A stretch of 64,000 bases of DNA from IMG/VR virus record IMGVR_UViG_3300017788_000014, positions 15,682 through 79,681 of that record, one strand, 5' to 3'. Source of the DNA: a virus. A model generated the notes under the pieces. It worked only from the letters and a program-made list of their open reading frames with translations, was not told the DNA's origin and made no database searches. Shown here piece after piece: positions 18,071 through 27,874 of the stretch. The position numbers and the translations under genes are program-made. Position 1 is the first letter of the stretch; each line of letters opens with the position of its first letter.

Positions 18071-18547
18071 ATGCGAGACATCCAAACTGACAAATTGACG
18101 TACATGATGGGCCTGCTCGACGAAACGCGGCAGGAAGTCACCATCTCCGACATCGACGAATTCATTTTCAAAATTATCGAAGCCGCGCAGAATTGCGAAT
18201 ACGGCTACGAAGCCAATTTAATTGCCGCGTTAGTTGACGCCAGAAACACACTGGCTGAACACGAATCCGAGGATGACGAAATCGAATCCGGAGTGTCGCG
18301 TTTAGCAGCCGAAAATCGTTACGTCGAAAAACAAATCGAGACGTATCTAGAAGCCGGCTACGCTGATGATTATGCGCAAGAATCAGCGTCGTGGCCGGAC
18401 GTACTGCCGTTGGACGCTAACTGGCCAGTCGACCTGCTAGACGAATTGGCGCGACAAGATGTCGTACGGCAGACAGTCGTACACGATCAAATCCTCCGAG
18501 AAATGCAAAAAAGCCAAGAACTGAAACAGGCGCAAAATGACAATTGA
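18071..18547 (+). CDS. hypothetical acidic protein
   Basis: 158 aa ORF. Confidence 0.65.
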   Translation: MRDIQTDKLTYMMGLLDETRQEVTISDIDEFIFKIIEAAQNCEYGYEANLIAALVDARNTLAEHESEDDEIESGVSRLAAENRYVEKQIETYLEAGYADDYAQESASWPDVLPLDANWPVDLLDELARQDVVRQTVVHDQILREMQKSQELKQAQNDN

Positions 18548-18743
18548 CGACGCAATTGACAACCTACAACGCGCCAAGGCCCGCGGCGTAAAAAGCATTA
18601 TTTTGGCGTACTGGACGGCTGAAACGTTTGACCGATCAGACGACGAAAACTGGCAAACAGACGCCGAAATTGTCGAAGACAAATTCGATTGGTCGGCTAC
18701 GCACTCAGACTTGATGTCATGTCGTGATTTGTACGGAGCATAA
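18537..18743 (+). CDS. hypothetical protein
   Basis: 68 aa ORF in operon. Confidence 0.6.
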   Translation: MTIDDAIDNLQRAKARGVKSIILAYWTAETFDRSDDENWQTDAEIVEDKFDWSATHSDLMSCRDLYGA

Positions 18744-18744
18744 A

Positions 18745-19083
18745 ATGGACGAACAAAAAAACGACGACAACGATAATCTAATCTATATTGGCACGATGAA
18801 CAGCCCAAACGGCGGTACGCGTCCTTGGTTTGTGACAAAAGACATCAAGGCAAAGATGGATGCGCACCCATTTGAATCAAAAACCGATTTTGAGCGTTGC
18901 GTGTCAGCGCTACTCATAACGTTTATAGAAGAAATGCTCGAAGGTTTAACGCCAAACACACCAGAGTACGAAAAGCGGCGCAAACAAGTAATAGCGTGGG
19001 TGAAGGCAAAGTTAGACGAAGAAGAACAGCAAGAAAAATCAGCGCAGCAAGATAACGAGACAAATAAACGACAGCCAGATTAA
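18745..19083 (+). CDS. hypothetical protein
   Basis: GGAG RBS, ATG 18745. Confidence 0.6.
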   Translation: MDEQKNDDNDNLIYIGTMNSPNGGTRPWFVTKDIKAKMDAHPFESKTDFERCVSALLITFIEEMLEGLTPNTPEYEKRRKQVIAWVKAKLDEEEQQEKSAQQDNETNKRQPD

Positions 19084-19096
19084 GGAACCAAACAAA

Positions 19097-19687
19097 ATGA
19101 GTCTTGAAATGACGTTAAAGCGCGTTGCAGTTATGCAGCATAAACATCGCGCAGTAAAAATCAATCGACGAGCAAAACGGCAGGAATCAACAGGGCTAGA
19201 AAAAGCCGCGTTCGAGCAATCGAAAATACCAGAAATGTGGGAAACCGTAGCGCATATTGAAATACCGAATCCGGCGCCAGAAGAGATTGCAGGCACAATG
19301 GTGCAGTTGAAAGATTTGAAAATACCTTGGTCACAAGTAAATCACACGGGCGCCGGATTGGAATTGTATGACAGAAATGACGCAATAGCGCTCTGGTCCG
19401 TCGGCGTGGAATCACACAAAACCAAAACCGGCGGCGCGCTGCTCACGTACCGCGCTAGCGGATATAAGTTCGGTTTTTGCGAGCAATACAACACCGCAGA
19501 AAACGGACCAAATAACGCCGAAATTCAATTTGTCGAAACATTCTTGAAGTGGCTGGCGCGAAGAATTCCGCAGACCACACTGATTGATTTAGGTATTGAT
19601 TTTGACGAAATTGAGACGATTGAAAAAGAACTCGACGACGCATTGACGGCAGCACAGAAACCGAAAAGAAAAATTTCACGAGTGTAA
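19097..19687 (+). CDS. hypothetical protein
   Basis: 196 aa ORF, AAGGA RBS. Confidence 0.65.
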   Translation: MSLEMTLKRVAVMQHKHRAVKINRRAKRQESTGLEKAAFEQSKIPEMWETVAHIEIPNPAPEEIAGTMVQLKDLKIPWSQVNHTGAGLELYDRNDAIALWSVGVESHKTKTGGALLTYRASGYKFGFCEQYNTAENGPNNAEIQFVETFLKWLARRIPQTTLIDLGIDFDEIETIEKELDDALTAAQKPKRKISRV

Positions 19688-19688
19688 C

Positions 19689-19949
19689 ATGTACGTAGCC
19701 CACCCAAATGAAGTACCGCCAAAACACGTATTGCAATGGTGTCAAAACTTAGTCGACCCAAGCCGACAAAACGGCATTTGGGGTATTCCAAGATCGCAAA
19801 TTTTTTTCCGCATCGACAAAGACAACAAAACGTTGGTGCTGATAATTGGCGAAAAAACAGAGCCCGATTTTATTGCTACAAAACGGGTTTTTCAACATAT
19901 CGGCTGGCGGGTTGTAACAGAACAAGAATTCGTAGCCGAAAATAACTAA
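19689..19949 (+). CDS. hypothetical protein
   Basis: 86 aa ORF. Confidence 0.6.
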   Translation: MYVAHPNEVPPKHVLQWCQNLVDPSRQNGIWGIPRSQIFFRIDKDNKTLVLIIGEKTEPDFIATKRVFQHIGWRVVTEQEFVAENN

Positions 19950-19959
19950 AGGTCACACA

Positions 19960-20352
19960 ATGTCAACAACAAGTTGTAACAAACGAATGCGCATAGCCAA
20001 TAAACAGGTTTTACAAATACTAACCACACAAGCACATCGGCGGCAGTACAATCGGCGCTTTTCAACAGAGTTCGTCGAATCGTTGCCAGAAAATGTGAAC
20101 TTTATTATCGAGCCCATTCTGGTTCACGAACATTGCGGCGGTAAAAGTTGTGAACCCCACATGCGCTGTTTCGTGTATTTGCCGAATAAACTCGACGGTA
20201 CTGTCGATGAAATGGCTGATAGTGGTTTTCAAATTCGAATCATCGATGTCGACATGAACATGTTTTCGTGCCTGCCAAATGCCGTAGATTTCTCAGACAG
20301 CGCCGACGAATCTGTCGGCGAGTCTGATGCTTCGACAACCGCTGAACTTTGA
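19960..20352 (+). CDS. hypothetical protein
   Basis: 130 aa ORF. Confidence 0.6.
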   Translation: MSTTSCNKRMRIANKQVLQILTTQAHRRQYNRRFSTEFVESLPENVNFIIEPILVHEHCGGKSCEPHMRCFVYLPNKLDGTVDEMADSGFQIRIIDVDMNMFSCLPNAVDFSDSADESVGESDASTTAEL

Positions 20353-20371
20353 TAGTCCTACGCCAGTTGTC

Positions 20372-20417
20372 TTCTTTCTCTAGAGAAAGAAAATCTTTTC
20401 ATCTACGAAGTAGATGA
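20372..20417. repeat. 20-bp perfect palindrome plus adjacent 8-bp hairpin
   Basis: TTCTTTCTCTAGAGAAAGAA (20372-20391); TCATCTAC-GAA-GTAGATGA (20399-20417). Confidence 0.85.
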
Positions 20418-20561
20418 GCATAGTACGGGCAAATGTCGCACTTAGGGGTCTGTTTTGCATGTTTCGTCGAGGCAAAACACCCCGTTGGTAAGATACGCAA
20501 TTTGAGAGCGCAGCCTGAAAAAATTTTGGCGCGGCCGCGATATTCCCCAAGAAAACCGCTA

Positions 20562-20589
20562 TTGACGCGTGTTTTTTCGCGGCTATACT
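20562..20589 (+). promoter_or_regulatory. sigma70-like promoter
   Basis: TTGACG-N16-TATACT in an intergenic gap upstream of 20627. Confidence 0.55.
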
Positions 20590-20626
20590 GCTTCACTTTG
20601 CCGCAGCACACCGACAGGGAAATGTC

Positions 20627-20968
20627 GTGTTAGCCCAAATCGCCAGCATTTCTCGTTTCGAGGCCGCGACGCCGAATCAGCCGTCCTCGTTTGAACTTGC
20701 GGCGGGTCCGCACAAAGTCATTTTTCGTGACGCTGTCAGCAGTTCGACGGTCGTGCAGTGCGAGGGCATTTTCTTTTTCGGCGACACGATTGAAATTCTT
20801 GGGCCGGCCACAATAGTCTATGCTGAACTTCCGCAGGTGTATGCGCGACCGACCGAACGCACTCGCGGCATGCAAACTTCGACTTGCGCCGCCATAATTT
20901 TACGTGACGATCCAAAAGTACGTTCCGTCGACGCGAGCAAGGACGCTACGCATGCTCAAAAGAATTAA
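20627..20968 (+). CDS. hypothetical protein
   Basis: 113 aa ORF after promoter. Confidence 0.55.
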   Translation: MLAQIASISRFEAATPNQPSSFELAAGPHKVIFRDAVSSSTVVQCEGIFFFGDTIEILGPATIVYAELPQVYARPTERTRGMQTSTCAAIILRDDPKVRSVDASKDATHAQKN

Positions 20969-21464
20969 GAACCCAAAACGTAATGATCGGTGTCCTTGCG
21001 GGAGCGGTAGAAAATACAAGTTTTGCTGCATCAATCACGCCCAATCGCTTTCGACGCCTGTGCTACCGCCAAAAATGCAGGCCCGCCAATTGGATTACAT
21101 CGATACCGGCGAAGACCCCGTGCGCTATGTTATTGCCGATCGCATTGGCACCAGTTTTTTCTCGACAAAAGACAACAAAGTCATCGTATTTAAAAACCGC
21201 GCCGACGCGTTTGTTATTGCCACGTTGCCCGATTTTGAAGACCAAGAAGTCGGTGAAATCAACGTAGCGGGAGTCGGCGAAACCAAGTGGCGTAAATTAC
21301 AGGAAAAACTTCCGTACGTCGAAGTCGAAGATGCCGAGACGGCCGTAGCACTTGTGCGCGAAAGAATTGAGTATGCCAAAGAGCAGATGGATTCGATGGA
21401 GTTGCCCGGAGAATCGGCGCACGACGCTTCTGCCGACGAGGATGAAAATTTAACCGCGGAGTAA
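20952..21464 (+). CDS. SEC-C motif protein
   Basis: RNDRCPCGSGRKYKFCC at the N-terminus. Confidence 0.85.
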   Translation: MLKRIKNPKRNDRCPCGSGRKYKFCCINHAQSLSTPVLPPKMQARQLDYIDTGEDPVRYVIADRIGTSFFSTKDNKVIVFKNRADAFVIATLPDFEDQEVGEINVAGVGETKWRKLQEKLPYVEVEDAETAVALVRERIEYAKEQMDSMELPGESAHDASADEDENLTAE

Positions 21465-21467
21465 ATT

Positions 21468-22514
21468 GTGGCTCACTTTGTTCGCGACCTAAACGCGATC
21501 GCCGCCCGTTGTCTTCGGCGGCGTTTTTCTTTTATGCGCGTGATGACCCGAGCCAGTCATTGCGTCGCCCGGCTCTGTGTTTACGGCGAGCGGGCGTCAA
21601 GTAACAAGTACGTCGCCCGTGAAATTCGGCGCGTACATAGATTATGGGTGCAACGCGTGCACACACTGTGCGCGCACAATCTTTGGCTTCCGCTGCGGGA
21701 CGCCGTGGTGGGCGAATTGGCCATCGAACCGGCGAGCATTATTTTTGCTTTTCGGCGCATGGTGTATTGCCGCCCGGCGTTTGCGCTCATGCGGGCGAAA
21801 CGCAACAAACAGGGCGAACTGATTCGCTACAAGCCCTGTAAAAAATTCAACTTTTGCCCGCATTGTTTTGCGGCTGTTGTGTCTTCGCAATATCGTGTTT
21901 TCAAAGGCGCGATTAATTCGTGGTGCAGAAAGAACTCTGAGCCCTTGTACGTCACGGCCCATATTGTCGAGCAGTATGTGCCAGCGACGGATTTTGAGTT
22001 GATCAAGTTCAACCCGCCAGAGCGCCTGCAGGGTTTTATCGAAGAATTATCGGGGTTGCTGGATGAATATCGCCGGCATCTTTCACGGCAGCGGCGATCG
22101 CGGCGTTGGCGCTGCGTCGGTTCGATGTGGCGGCTGGCCGTTCTGCCCGAGGTGTCCGGCTGGCGCGTGCAGTTGCGGCAGTTGGTGCTGGCGACCGAAA
22201 ACCGCCCGCCGCGATTCAAGTACCCCCGCAATGCCCGCGTGGTGTATCACACGCGGATTGCCGTAGACGGCAGCCTGCCGTGGGCGGAACGCCGTGGCAC
22301 GGACATCGAGACAGACGTCGCCGATATGTTCATGCGTGCGGCGATGTATCCGTACAATTTGCTGACGGCCGATCCAGAATTGGTCGCCGTGCAATTACAT
22401 GCGACGATGGACCGGCGCATGATGGACGGCACCGGCGTATTGCGCAAATCCGGCGATCGGAGAATTCGCGAGTTCGCCGCGGTGTCAAAAACAAAGAAAG
22501 AAAACAACGCCTGA
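21468..22514 (+). CDS. basic hypothetical protein
   Basis: 348 aa, Arg-rich, CKKFNFCPHC. Confidence 0.65.
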   Translation: MAHFVRDLNAIAARCLRRRFSFMRVMTRASHCVARLCVYGERASSNKYVAREIRRVHRLWVQRVHTLCAHNLWLPLRDAVVGELAIEPASIIFAFRRMVYCRPAFALMRAKRNKQGELIRYKPCKKFNFCPHCFAAVVSSQYRVFKGAINSWCRKNSEPLYVTAHIVEQYVPATDFELIKFNPPERLQGFIEELSGLLDEYRRHLSRQRRSRRWRCVGSMWRLAVLPEVSGWRVQLRQLVLATENRPPRFKYPRNARVVYHTRIAVDGSLPWAERRGTDIETDVADMFMRAAMYPYNLLTADPELVAVQLHATMDRRMMDGTGVLRKSGDRRIREFAAVSKTKKENNA

Positions 22515-22595
22515 TTCGGCGTGCCCTTGTCGAGGATTATGGCCGCGCATTGCCGCGCCTGTTCGACACCTACAAAAACTACGTTGGACAATCAC

Positions 22596-23639
22596 ATGAG
22601 TGCTTTTATTGACAAATTAGAGAAGGGGCTGGCGGCGTTGTTTGCGCTTTCCAGTCCGACGGAACTTGTCGAACTGCGGCAGCGGTTTATTGACGCCGGC
22701 TTGGCACCGGAAACTGCCGACAAGACTGTTTGGGCTATTGTGGTGTCGTTTCTGGAGGCGTGGGCCGACGGCGACGAAGCGACACCGGCCTTGTTTGACA
22801 ACATTGTAGAGGCGACGATCTCCAGCCAATTTCCCGAGCCGCCAGCGCCAGAACCAGAAGCCGTCGCCCCGCCTGTGTCTGCTGCGCATGCGCCTGAACT
22901 TTTGCATCCGGCACATGTGCGCCGAGTGTTTCAGCCGGCGCCATTTTCAATCGAGGTAGCGACGCAGTTCGACATTGCGGTCGTTAAGTTTGTCGGGCAA
23001 TTATCGGGTTTTCGCTATAGTCACGAAATGCCGGGTTTTTGTTTCGACAATGGTCTCGACACGCTCACCGTGTTGCTCGAAACGGGCGAACTGGTGTTTG
23101 TGCCCAAAACTGATTTTATTTCGACGGCGATTTCGTTGGACCCGGAAGATTACGAAGACGTGTCGCCGCTGCTGATGTTGAATTTGCGCGTGTTGTGCCA
23201 GAGTTTGCTGCGCGCCGGACTGATCAGCAAAGAGCAGTCCGATTTCATTTGCTCGGAAAGATTCGGCAAGTTTAAAGCACCCGTTTCGGCGCTGATTGTC
23301 TCGGGTACTCGCGTCGCCGATATTGAGCGAGTTTTTAAAGACAGCGTGACCACGGGAGTTTCCAATTCTGCGGCGTCTGCTGCAGCGGGGCTGCGGTGCA
23401 AGGTTACCACGGCAGATTCGAAAAATTACTATGTTGCATTGCAAATTTATTCTGGTACAAAAGAGCCGTACCTGACTAGCCGCATAACGCAAATAGACGC
23501 CGACGGACGAGAAATAGTTGTGATGCGCGCCGATGCCCCGCGATTATTCACGGTATTTGGCGCGTATGTGTTTCCGCTTGAAAATTCGTTGGTTTCGTTG
23601 TCGATTTTGCCTGCGGCCGAACAACGGAGGGACTCGTGA
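22596..23639 (+). CDS. hypothetical protein
   Basis: Likely start MSAFIDK. Confidence 0.7.
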   Translation: MSAFIDKLEKGLAALFALSSPTELVELRQRFIDAGLAPETADKTVWAIVVSFLEAWADGDEATPALFDNIVEATISSQFPEPPAPEPEAVAPPVSAAHAPELLHPAHVRRVFQPAPFSIEVATQFDIAVVKFVGQLSGFRYSHEMPGFCFDNGLDTLTVLLETGELVFVPKTDFISTAISLDPEDYEDVSPLLMLNLRVLCQSLLRAGLISKEQSDFICSERFGKFKAPVSALIVSGTRVADIERVFKDSVTTGVSNSAASAAAGLRCKVTTADSKNYYVALQIYSGTKEPYLTSRITQIDADGREIVVMRADAPRLFTVFGAYVFPLENSLVSLSILPAAEQRRDS

Positions 23640-24004
23640 GTACTTTTGATTTCAACGAAGACATCGACGACGAGAACAGGCCCGGCCACGAATCTGCGGA
23701 GCAACTGTATTCGTTCGAAGATTACCTCACCGTGCGGGCGTTGCTGGGTATGCATTTTGGCGAGCGCGTTGGTGACGACATTTACAACTTGATGCAGCGC
23801 GTCAGTAAAAAAATTGCCGCAGAAATGGGCGGAATGCCCGGTATTATTTTCAACGACGACGGCGGCGAATTCGTCAGTTTTGACGAGTCGTTTTTTGCTG
23901 ACGAGTCGGAAGACGACGAGGACGAATCAGACATCGGTTTGTCCGATGACGACGATGATCCGAGTTTTGGCGAATACGATTCCGGAGAAGATTGGAAATC
24001 CTGA
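23636..24004 (+). CDS. acidic hypothetical protein
   Basis: GGAGG RBS, GTGA overlap. Confidence 0.7.
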   Translation: MSTFDFNEDIDDENRPGHESAEQLYSFEDYLTVRALLGMHFGERVGDDIYNLMQRVSKKIAAEMGGMPGIIFNDDGGEFVSFDESFFADESEDDEDESDIGLSDDDDDPSFGEYDSGEDWKS

Positions 24005-24600
24005 TGTACTTATTCATGGATACGGAAACCGGCGGGCTGTCGCCAAAATACAGCCTGCTGACGGCGTCGTTTATCCTTGTTGACGAAAAATTCGAGGTCA
24101 TAGCCAAACCGCTGTACCTCGAATTAAAACACGAAGAATACGTGGTGACTTCCGGCGCATTAAACGTCAATCACATCAATCTTGCTGAACACCACAAAAC
24201 GGCAACCGCGCTAGACGAAGCGCGGGCCGTTTTCGTCGACTTTGTTCGGACGGCAATTAATGTCGCACAAAAGAAACGGCTTGTTCCCGCCGGGCACAAC
24301 GTAGGTTTCGACGTGCAATTTGTGCGCGCGTACCTGTGCCCGGCGGAACTATGGGATGATTTTTTTACGTATCCCATGTTTGACACCGCTGTTATTGCAC
24401 GATTCATGCATGCGGCCGGTTTTATTGCGAACACATACTCGTTGCCAACGTTGCGGCAGAAATATCTGCCCGACATTTCCGGCGACGCCCATAACGCAGA
24501 AATTGACAACGTGACGACGATTGAGTTGGCACGAAAGTTTCTGAGCATGACGGATTGTGCATCGCATACAGTGGGCGCGCCGACGCCCCGGGGTTTGTAA
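24004..24600 (+). CDS. DEDDh 3'-5' exonuclease (DnaQ/RNase T-like)
   Basis: MDTETGG, GHNVGFDVQF, AHNAEID motifs. Confidence 0.9.
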   Translation: MYLFMDTETGGLSPKYSLLTASFILVDEKFEVIAKPLYLELKHEEYVVTSGALNVNHINLAEHHKTATALDEARAVFVDFVRTAINVAQKKRLVPAGHNVGFDVQFVRAYLCPAELWDDFFTYPMFDTAVIARFMHAAGFIANTYSLPTLRQKYLPDISGDAHNAEIDNVTTIELARKFLSMTDCASHTVGAPTPRGL

Positions 24601-24732
24601 GCCGGTTTTGTTCCAGCCGGTTCGGCGCCCTAGTCGTGAGTGGGCCATAACCGCGAAGCCGACAGCACAACGCCAAGACGTCTCCTTTCAGTGGATGTCG
24701 GAAGTCGTAAACGCAAGGACGCACGCGCGGAT

Positions 24733-24803
24733 TGCCCGATGGTGTAACGGTAGCACAAGAGATTTTGGTTCTCTTTGTCTAGGTTCGAATCCTAGTCGGG
24801 CAT
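24733..24803 (+). tRNA. tRNA-Gln(UUG)
   Basis: Acceptor TGCCCGA/TCGGGCA (U1-A72), anticodon stem AGAGA/TCTCT with loop TTTTGGT, T-arm CTAGG-TTCGAAT-CCTAG; CCA not encoded. Confidence 0.93.
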
Positions 24804-24835
24804 TCGGAGGCTGACGATTGAGTTACGGAGAGACT

Positions 24836-25435
24836 ATGGTTCAACAAATGACATTGCCGCCAAAACCGCAAATGGTGCTGCCGGTTTCGGTGATTCTGCA
24901 TCCATGGCAAGTTGAGTGGGCAGCATATGCCGGCAGCCAGAGGACAGAACGCAATACGGGTAAAGTTAAAAATCGGCCGGATTACGACGCCAAACCAGAA
25001 GCGTTGCAAACCGACATTGAAGCGAATATAGCGTCGTGCTTGTGCGAGTTGGCGACGAGTCTGTACACAAATCAAAAATGGAACGGCGCGTATTGGAGCC
25101 CGAAACATCACGCCGCGGCCACAAGTTTGCCGGATGTGGGCAAAAACATCGAAGTACGCCGCACGCGACATTTGAATTTTGGTGTTCCTGTTTTCGAGCA
25201 AGAAGCCGACGACAAAATTCAACTTGTGCAAGCCTATATTACCCCAATTGATTTAAAGGATGTATTGAACTGGGCGAACAAAACGCCAGATGATTTTGAA
25301 TATGTCACTGTGCTGTTAACCGGCACTGTAGCGGCAGATGTTGCGTGGGAAAACAGTTGGCGGCCAAAAAAATGGAAAGAAAAACGCGTGTGCCCGCAAG
25401 CGTTTTTTCAGTCTGTGAAAACATTACGGCGGTAA
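24836..25435 (+). CDS. hypothetical protein
   Basis: GGAGA RBS; ELA...PDVG..IEVR pattern may be PD-(D/E)XK-like. Confidence 0.65.
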   Translation: MVQQMTLPPKPQMVLPVSVILHPWQVEWAAYAGSQRTERNTGKVKNRPDYDAKPEALQTDIEANIASCLCELATSLYTNQKWNGAYWSPKHHAAATSLPDVGKNIEVRRTRHLNFGVPVFEQEADDKIQLVQAYITPIDLKDVLNWANKTPDDFEYVTVLLTGTVAADVAWENSWRPKKWKEKRVCPQAFFQSVKTLRR

Positions 25436-25633
25436 CTGAGCAAGGATGCAAGCATGCGCGTCTCAGTTGTGTTTTCTGCCGTGTTAAAAGTTATTGCGCG
25501 GATATTTGCACTGCCTGCGCTACTGTTAGTTTTTATCGCCGAACAAATTGAAGACGTAGCCGACTCGTTGTCGAAATAGTTGCGCTAGACGTTGCTTTTC
25601 GTGCGGGCTGGCAAACTTAAAAAAGAACAAACT

Positions 25634-25855
25634 ATGCAACCTTACTCGCGGTGGCAGTTTTATCACCCGTTTGTATTTGTGGGAATTAAGCGGCCGGAAA
25701 CTGACACCGAGTTTGATCCGTCCGACGATTTACACTGCTACGGATTTGAATTTGATTTGACGACGGAATGCTATTTTTACACGTATGACTGGGGTTACGG
25801 TTTTAATCTGCGGTTACTTGGTTTTGGCTTTGAAGTATCGCGTCTTAGTATGTAG
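25634..25855 (+). CDS. hypothetical protein
   Basis: 73 aa aromatic-rich ORF. Confidence 0.55.
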   Translation: MQPYSRWQFYHPFVFVGIKRPETDTEFDPSDDLHCYGFEFDLTTECYFYTYDWGYGFNLRLLGFGFEVSRLSM

Positions 25856-25927
25856 GGGTGTATTTTGTCCGCAATTTTAATTTACGTATTTGCTTGCGAA
25901 ACGTTGATTCGCGGAACAGAGTGGCTG

Positions 25928-26306
25928 ATTAGTCAAAACGATACAGCAAAAGAAAGATAAAGTGGTGGGACATGGTTAAAAAATTCAAGCACTATTTGTT
26001 TGAGGTGACAGGCGGGTTCTACATCGACGCGGCTTTGGAGCCGCTGTTTAGCGCGTCCGGCGAAATTTACGGATTCAAACTGCCCGATGGCCGTGAAGTT
26101 GACATTGCTATTTGTCTGCGGGTTGAGGGGCCGCCGCGGGCTCTGCGCGGCCGATCGGAGTTGTGGTACACGGACGAGACGTTGATGGAGCAAATTGGTT
26201 TTGAAAGCCTCGGTTATGACAAGGCAAATTTCATAGAGGGTGACGGCGGTGATGACGATGATGCGTGACTGTAAGTCATTAATTAGCCAAAACGACATAG
26301 CAAAAG
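25928..26306 (+). repeat. 25-bp imperfect direct repeats flanking CDS 25972-26268
   Basis: ATTAGTCAAAACGATACAGCAAAAG (25928-25952) vs ATTAGCCAAAACGACATAGCAAAAG (26282-26306), 22/25 identical. Confidence 0.8.
25972..26268 (+). CDS. hypothetical protein
   Basis: 98 aa ORF. Confidence 0.6.
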   Translation: MVKKFKHYLFEVTGGFYIDAALEPLFSASGEIYGFKLPDGREVDIAICLRVEGPPRALRGRSELWYTDETLMEQIGFESLGYDKANFIEGDGGDDDDA

Positions 26307-26316
26307 GTAGTAACGC

Positions 26317-26739
26317 ATGTCGGACATAACAACAAAACTACGCGAGTGGGCGGATCATTTTGACCACTCACACGCGACGACCAACAAACGTACCGCAATG
26401 TCGAGCACAATGATTGAAGCCGCAGACGAAATCGAGCGACTGCGGCAAAAAGAGGCTGACATGCTAACGGCAGGAGCGACTGAAATGCGCGGCAAGCCTA
26501 TCGCATGGATCGGTGTCTTCGACGGCGAGCCCGACCCGGAGTTCATCTGGTGGGACGAAGCAAAAGCCCGACGCTGGATAAACACGCGGCCGGGTGTGAA
26601 ACTGGCTCCGCTGTTTCTCGCCCCCCCGCTCACCGACGCGGAGCGGGAGGCGGTGGAGACTGCCGCAATGGAGGCGGAAGCGCATCAGCACGCCGAGCGC
26701 GCCGCTACGTTGCGTAATTTGCTACTTCGACAAACATAA
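26317..26739 (+). CDS. hypothetical protein
   Basis: EAADEIERLR; C-terminal LTDAEREAVE...LRNLL. Confidence 0.7.
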   Translation: MSDITTKLREWADHFDHSHATTNKRTAMSSTMIEAADEIERLRQKEADMLTAGATEMRGKPIAWIGVFDGEPDPEFIWWDEAKARRWINTRPGVKLAPLFLAPPLTDAEREAVETAAMEAEAHQHAERAATLRNLLLRQT

Positions 26740-26767
26740 CAAACATCTAACATTTGACGAGGCTAAG

Positions 26768-27022
26768 ATGCTGTGTTCAATCTGTTTTACTGAAATCAAG
26801 CCGGTCGGAAATTGGACCGATGGTAACAACGCTGAACCCATAAACACGGGAAGGTGTTGCAACGAGTGCGATAACAAAGTCGTAATTCCAGCGAGATTAA
26901 CGATGATGATGACAAACGTGTCATCCGACGTGTATCGAGATATGCTGCAACAACAGTTGGAAAATTTACAGCAGCAGTTGGCACGATTTGAAAACGTGGT
27001 GGCGCGAGCGGATGTTTCTTAA
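26768..27022 (+). CDS. small zinc-binding protein
   Basis: CSIC...GNNAEPINTGRCCNECDNKVVIPAR. Confidence 0.7.
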   Translation: MLCSICFTEIKPVGNWTDGNNAEPINTGRCCNECDNKVVIPARLTMMMTNVSSDVYRDMLQQQLENLQQQLARFENVVARADVS

Positions 27023-27039
27023 TTCTAGCGAGGTCTTTA

Positions 27040-27615
27040 ATGCAATCTAGTGTTGCGCTTATAAAGCGGCTGACGTTACTTGGCGCAAAAGAACCAAAAA
27101 CAGCGCTGGGGCAAGCAGCCCTCGACGCGGCCGAGCATATTCAAAATTCGTGCGTTGGCGATCGCATGTATATTGTGTTGGCGTTTCGTTATGGCACGTT
27201 TGACAACGTGTTTCCGATTGGTGTTTTTACGACACGGCAGCAGGCTGTTACGGCCGCGCTGGAACATCGGCAAAGTCGCGGCGGCAAATACGATCACCGT
27301 ATCTATGTGTTTCCCGAGCCGAACTACTTGGATGCGGAAGTTGGCCGTCGCGTAAATGACGCGCGCTGTATAGAGTGGGTGCCCGGTTCCGAGCCGCATG
27401 TGAAGTCTGCCAACGATTCCCACGATCTGCTAAAGACATTAATCGCGCGCCAATCAGATGAAATTTTGCGGCTTCGGTTGTCGCAGGCCGAGCGCGACGC
27501 GATTGAGTATGTGTGTGAGCGCGGACTTGCCGCAGGTCCTGAAGACATCAAATGTTTGCGAAATCTCTTGGATCGTTTACAGTCTGGAGAAAACAATGTC
27601 GAACACAAAAAATAG
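27040..27615 (+). CDS. hypothetical protein
   Basis: C-terminal LSQAERDAIE...LRNLLDRL. Confidence 0.65.
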   Translation: MQSSVALIKRLTLLGAKEPKTALGQAALDAAEHIQNSCVGDRMYIVLAFRYGTFDNVFPIGVFTTRQQAVTAALEHRQSRGGKYDHRIYVFPEPNYLDAEVGRRVNDARCIEWVPGSEPHVKSANDSHDLLKTLIARQSDEILRLRLSQAERDAIEYVCERGLAAGPEDIKCLRNLLDRLQSGENNVEHKK

Positions 27616-27874
27616 CAATGACTCGAACAACGCTACTAATGCATTGTGGCTTGTTGGCGGCGTCGTATTTATTTTAGTCGTCGCAATCGGCTCGTGTTCA
27701 GATGATGCGCAGCCGGTGTCGCGCGTTCCGGCACCCGTGAGTGATTATCAGGACATGCGCAATCGTGGCCACAGCGAAGAGGACGCGGTTATTTTCGGCA
27801 TTCTAAAACAGCAAGGCTACAGCGACTATGACGCCGTTCGTGCAATGCAGTCGTCAAAAGAAAAGGCGCGCTGA
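27596..27874 (+). CDS. membrane-anchored or lipoprotein-like protein
   Basis: LWLVGGVVFILVVAIGSC hydrophobic segment ending in Cys. Confidence 0.6.
   Translation: MSNTKNSNDSNNATNALWLVGGVVFILVVAIGSCSDDAQPVSRVPAPVSDYQDMRNRGHSEEDAVIFGILKQQGYSDYDAVRAMQSSKEKAR

Noticed and set aside
24601-24732. Possible structured ncRNA upstream of tRNA-Gln
   Set aside because: Only short imperfect hairpins (e.g. 24677-24699), no recognisable family; covariance evidence would be needed
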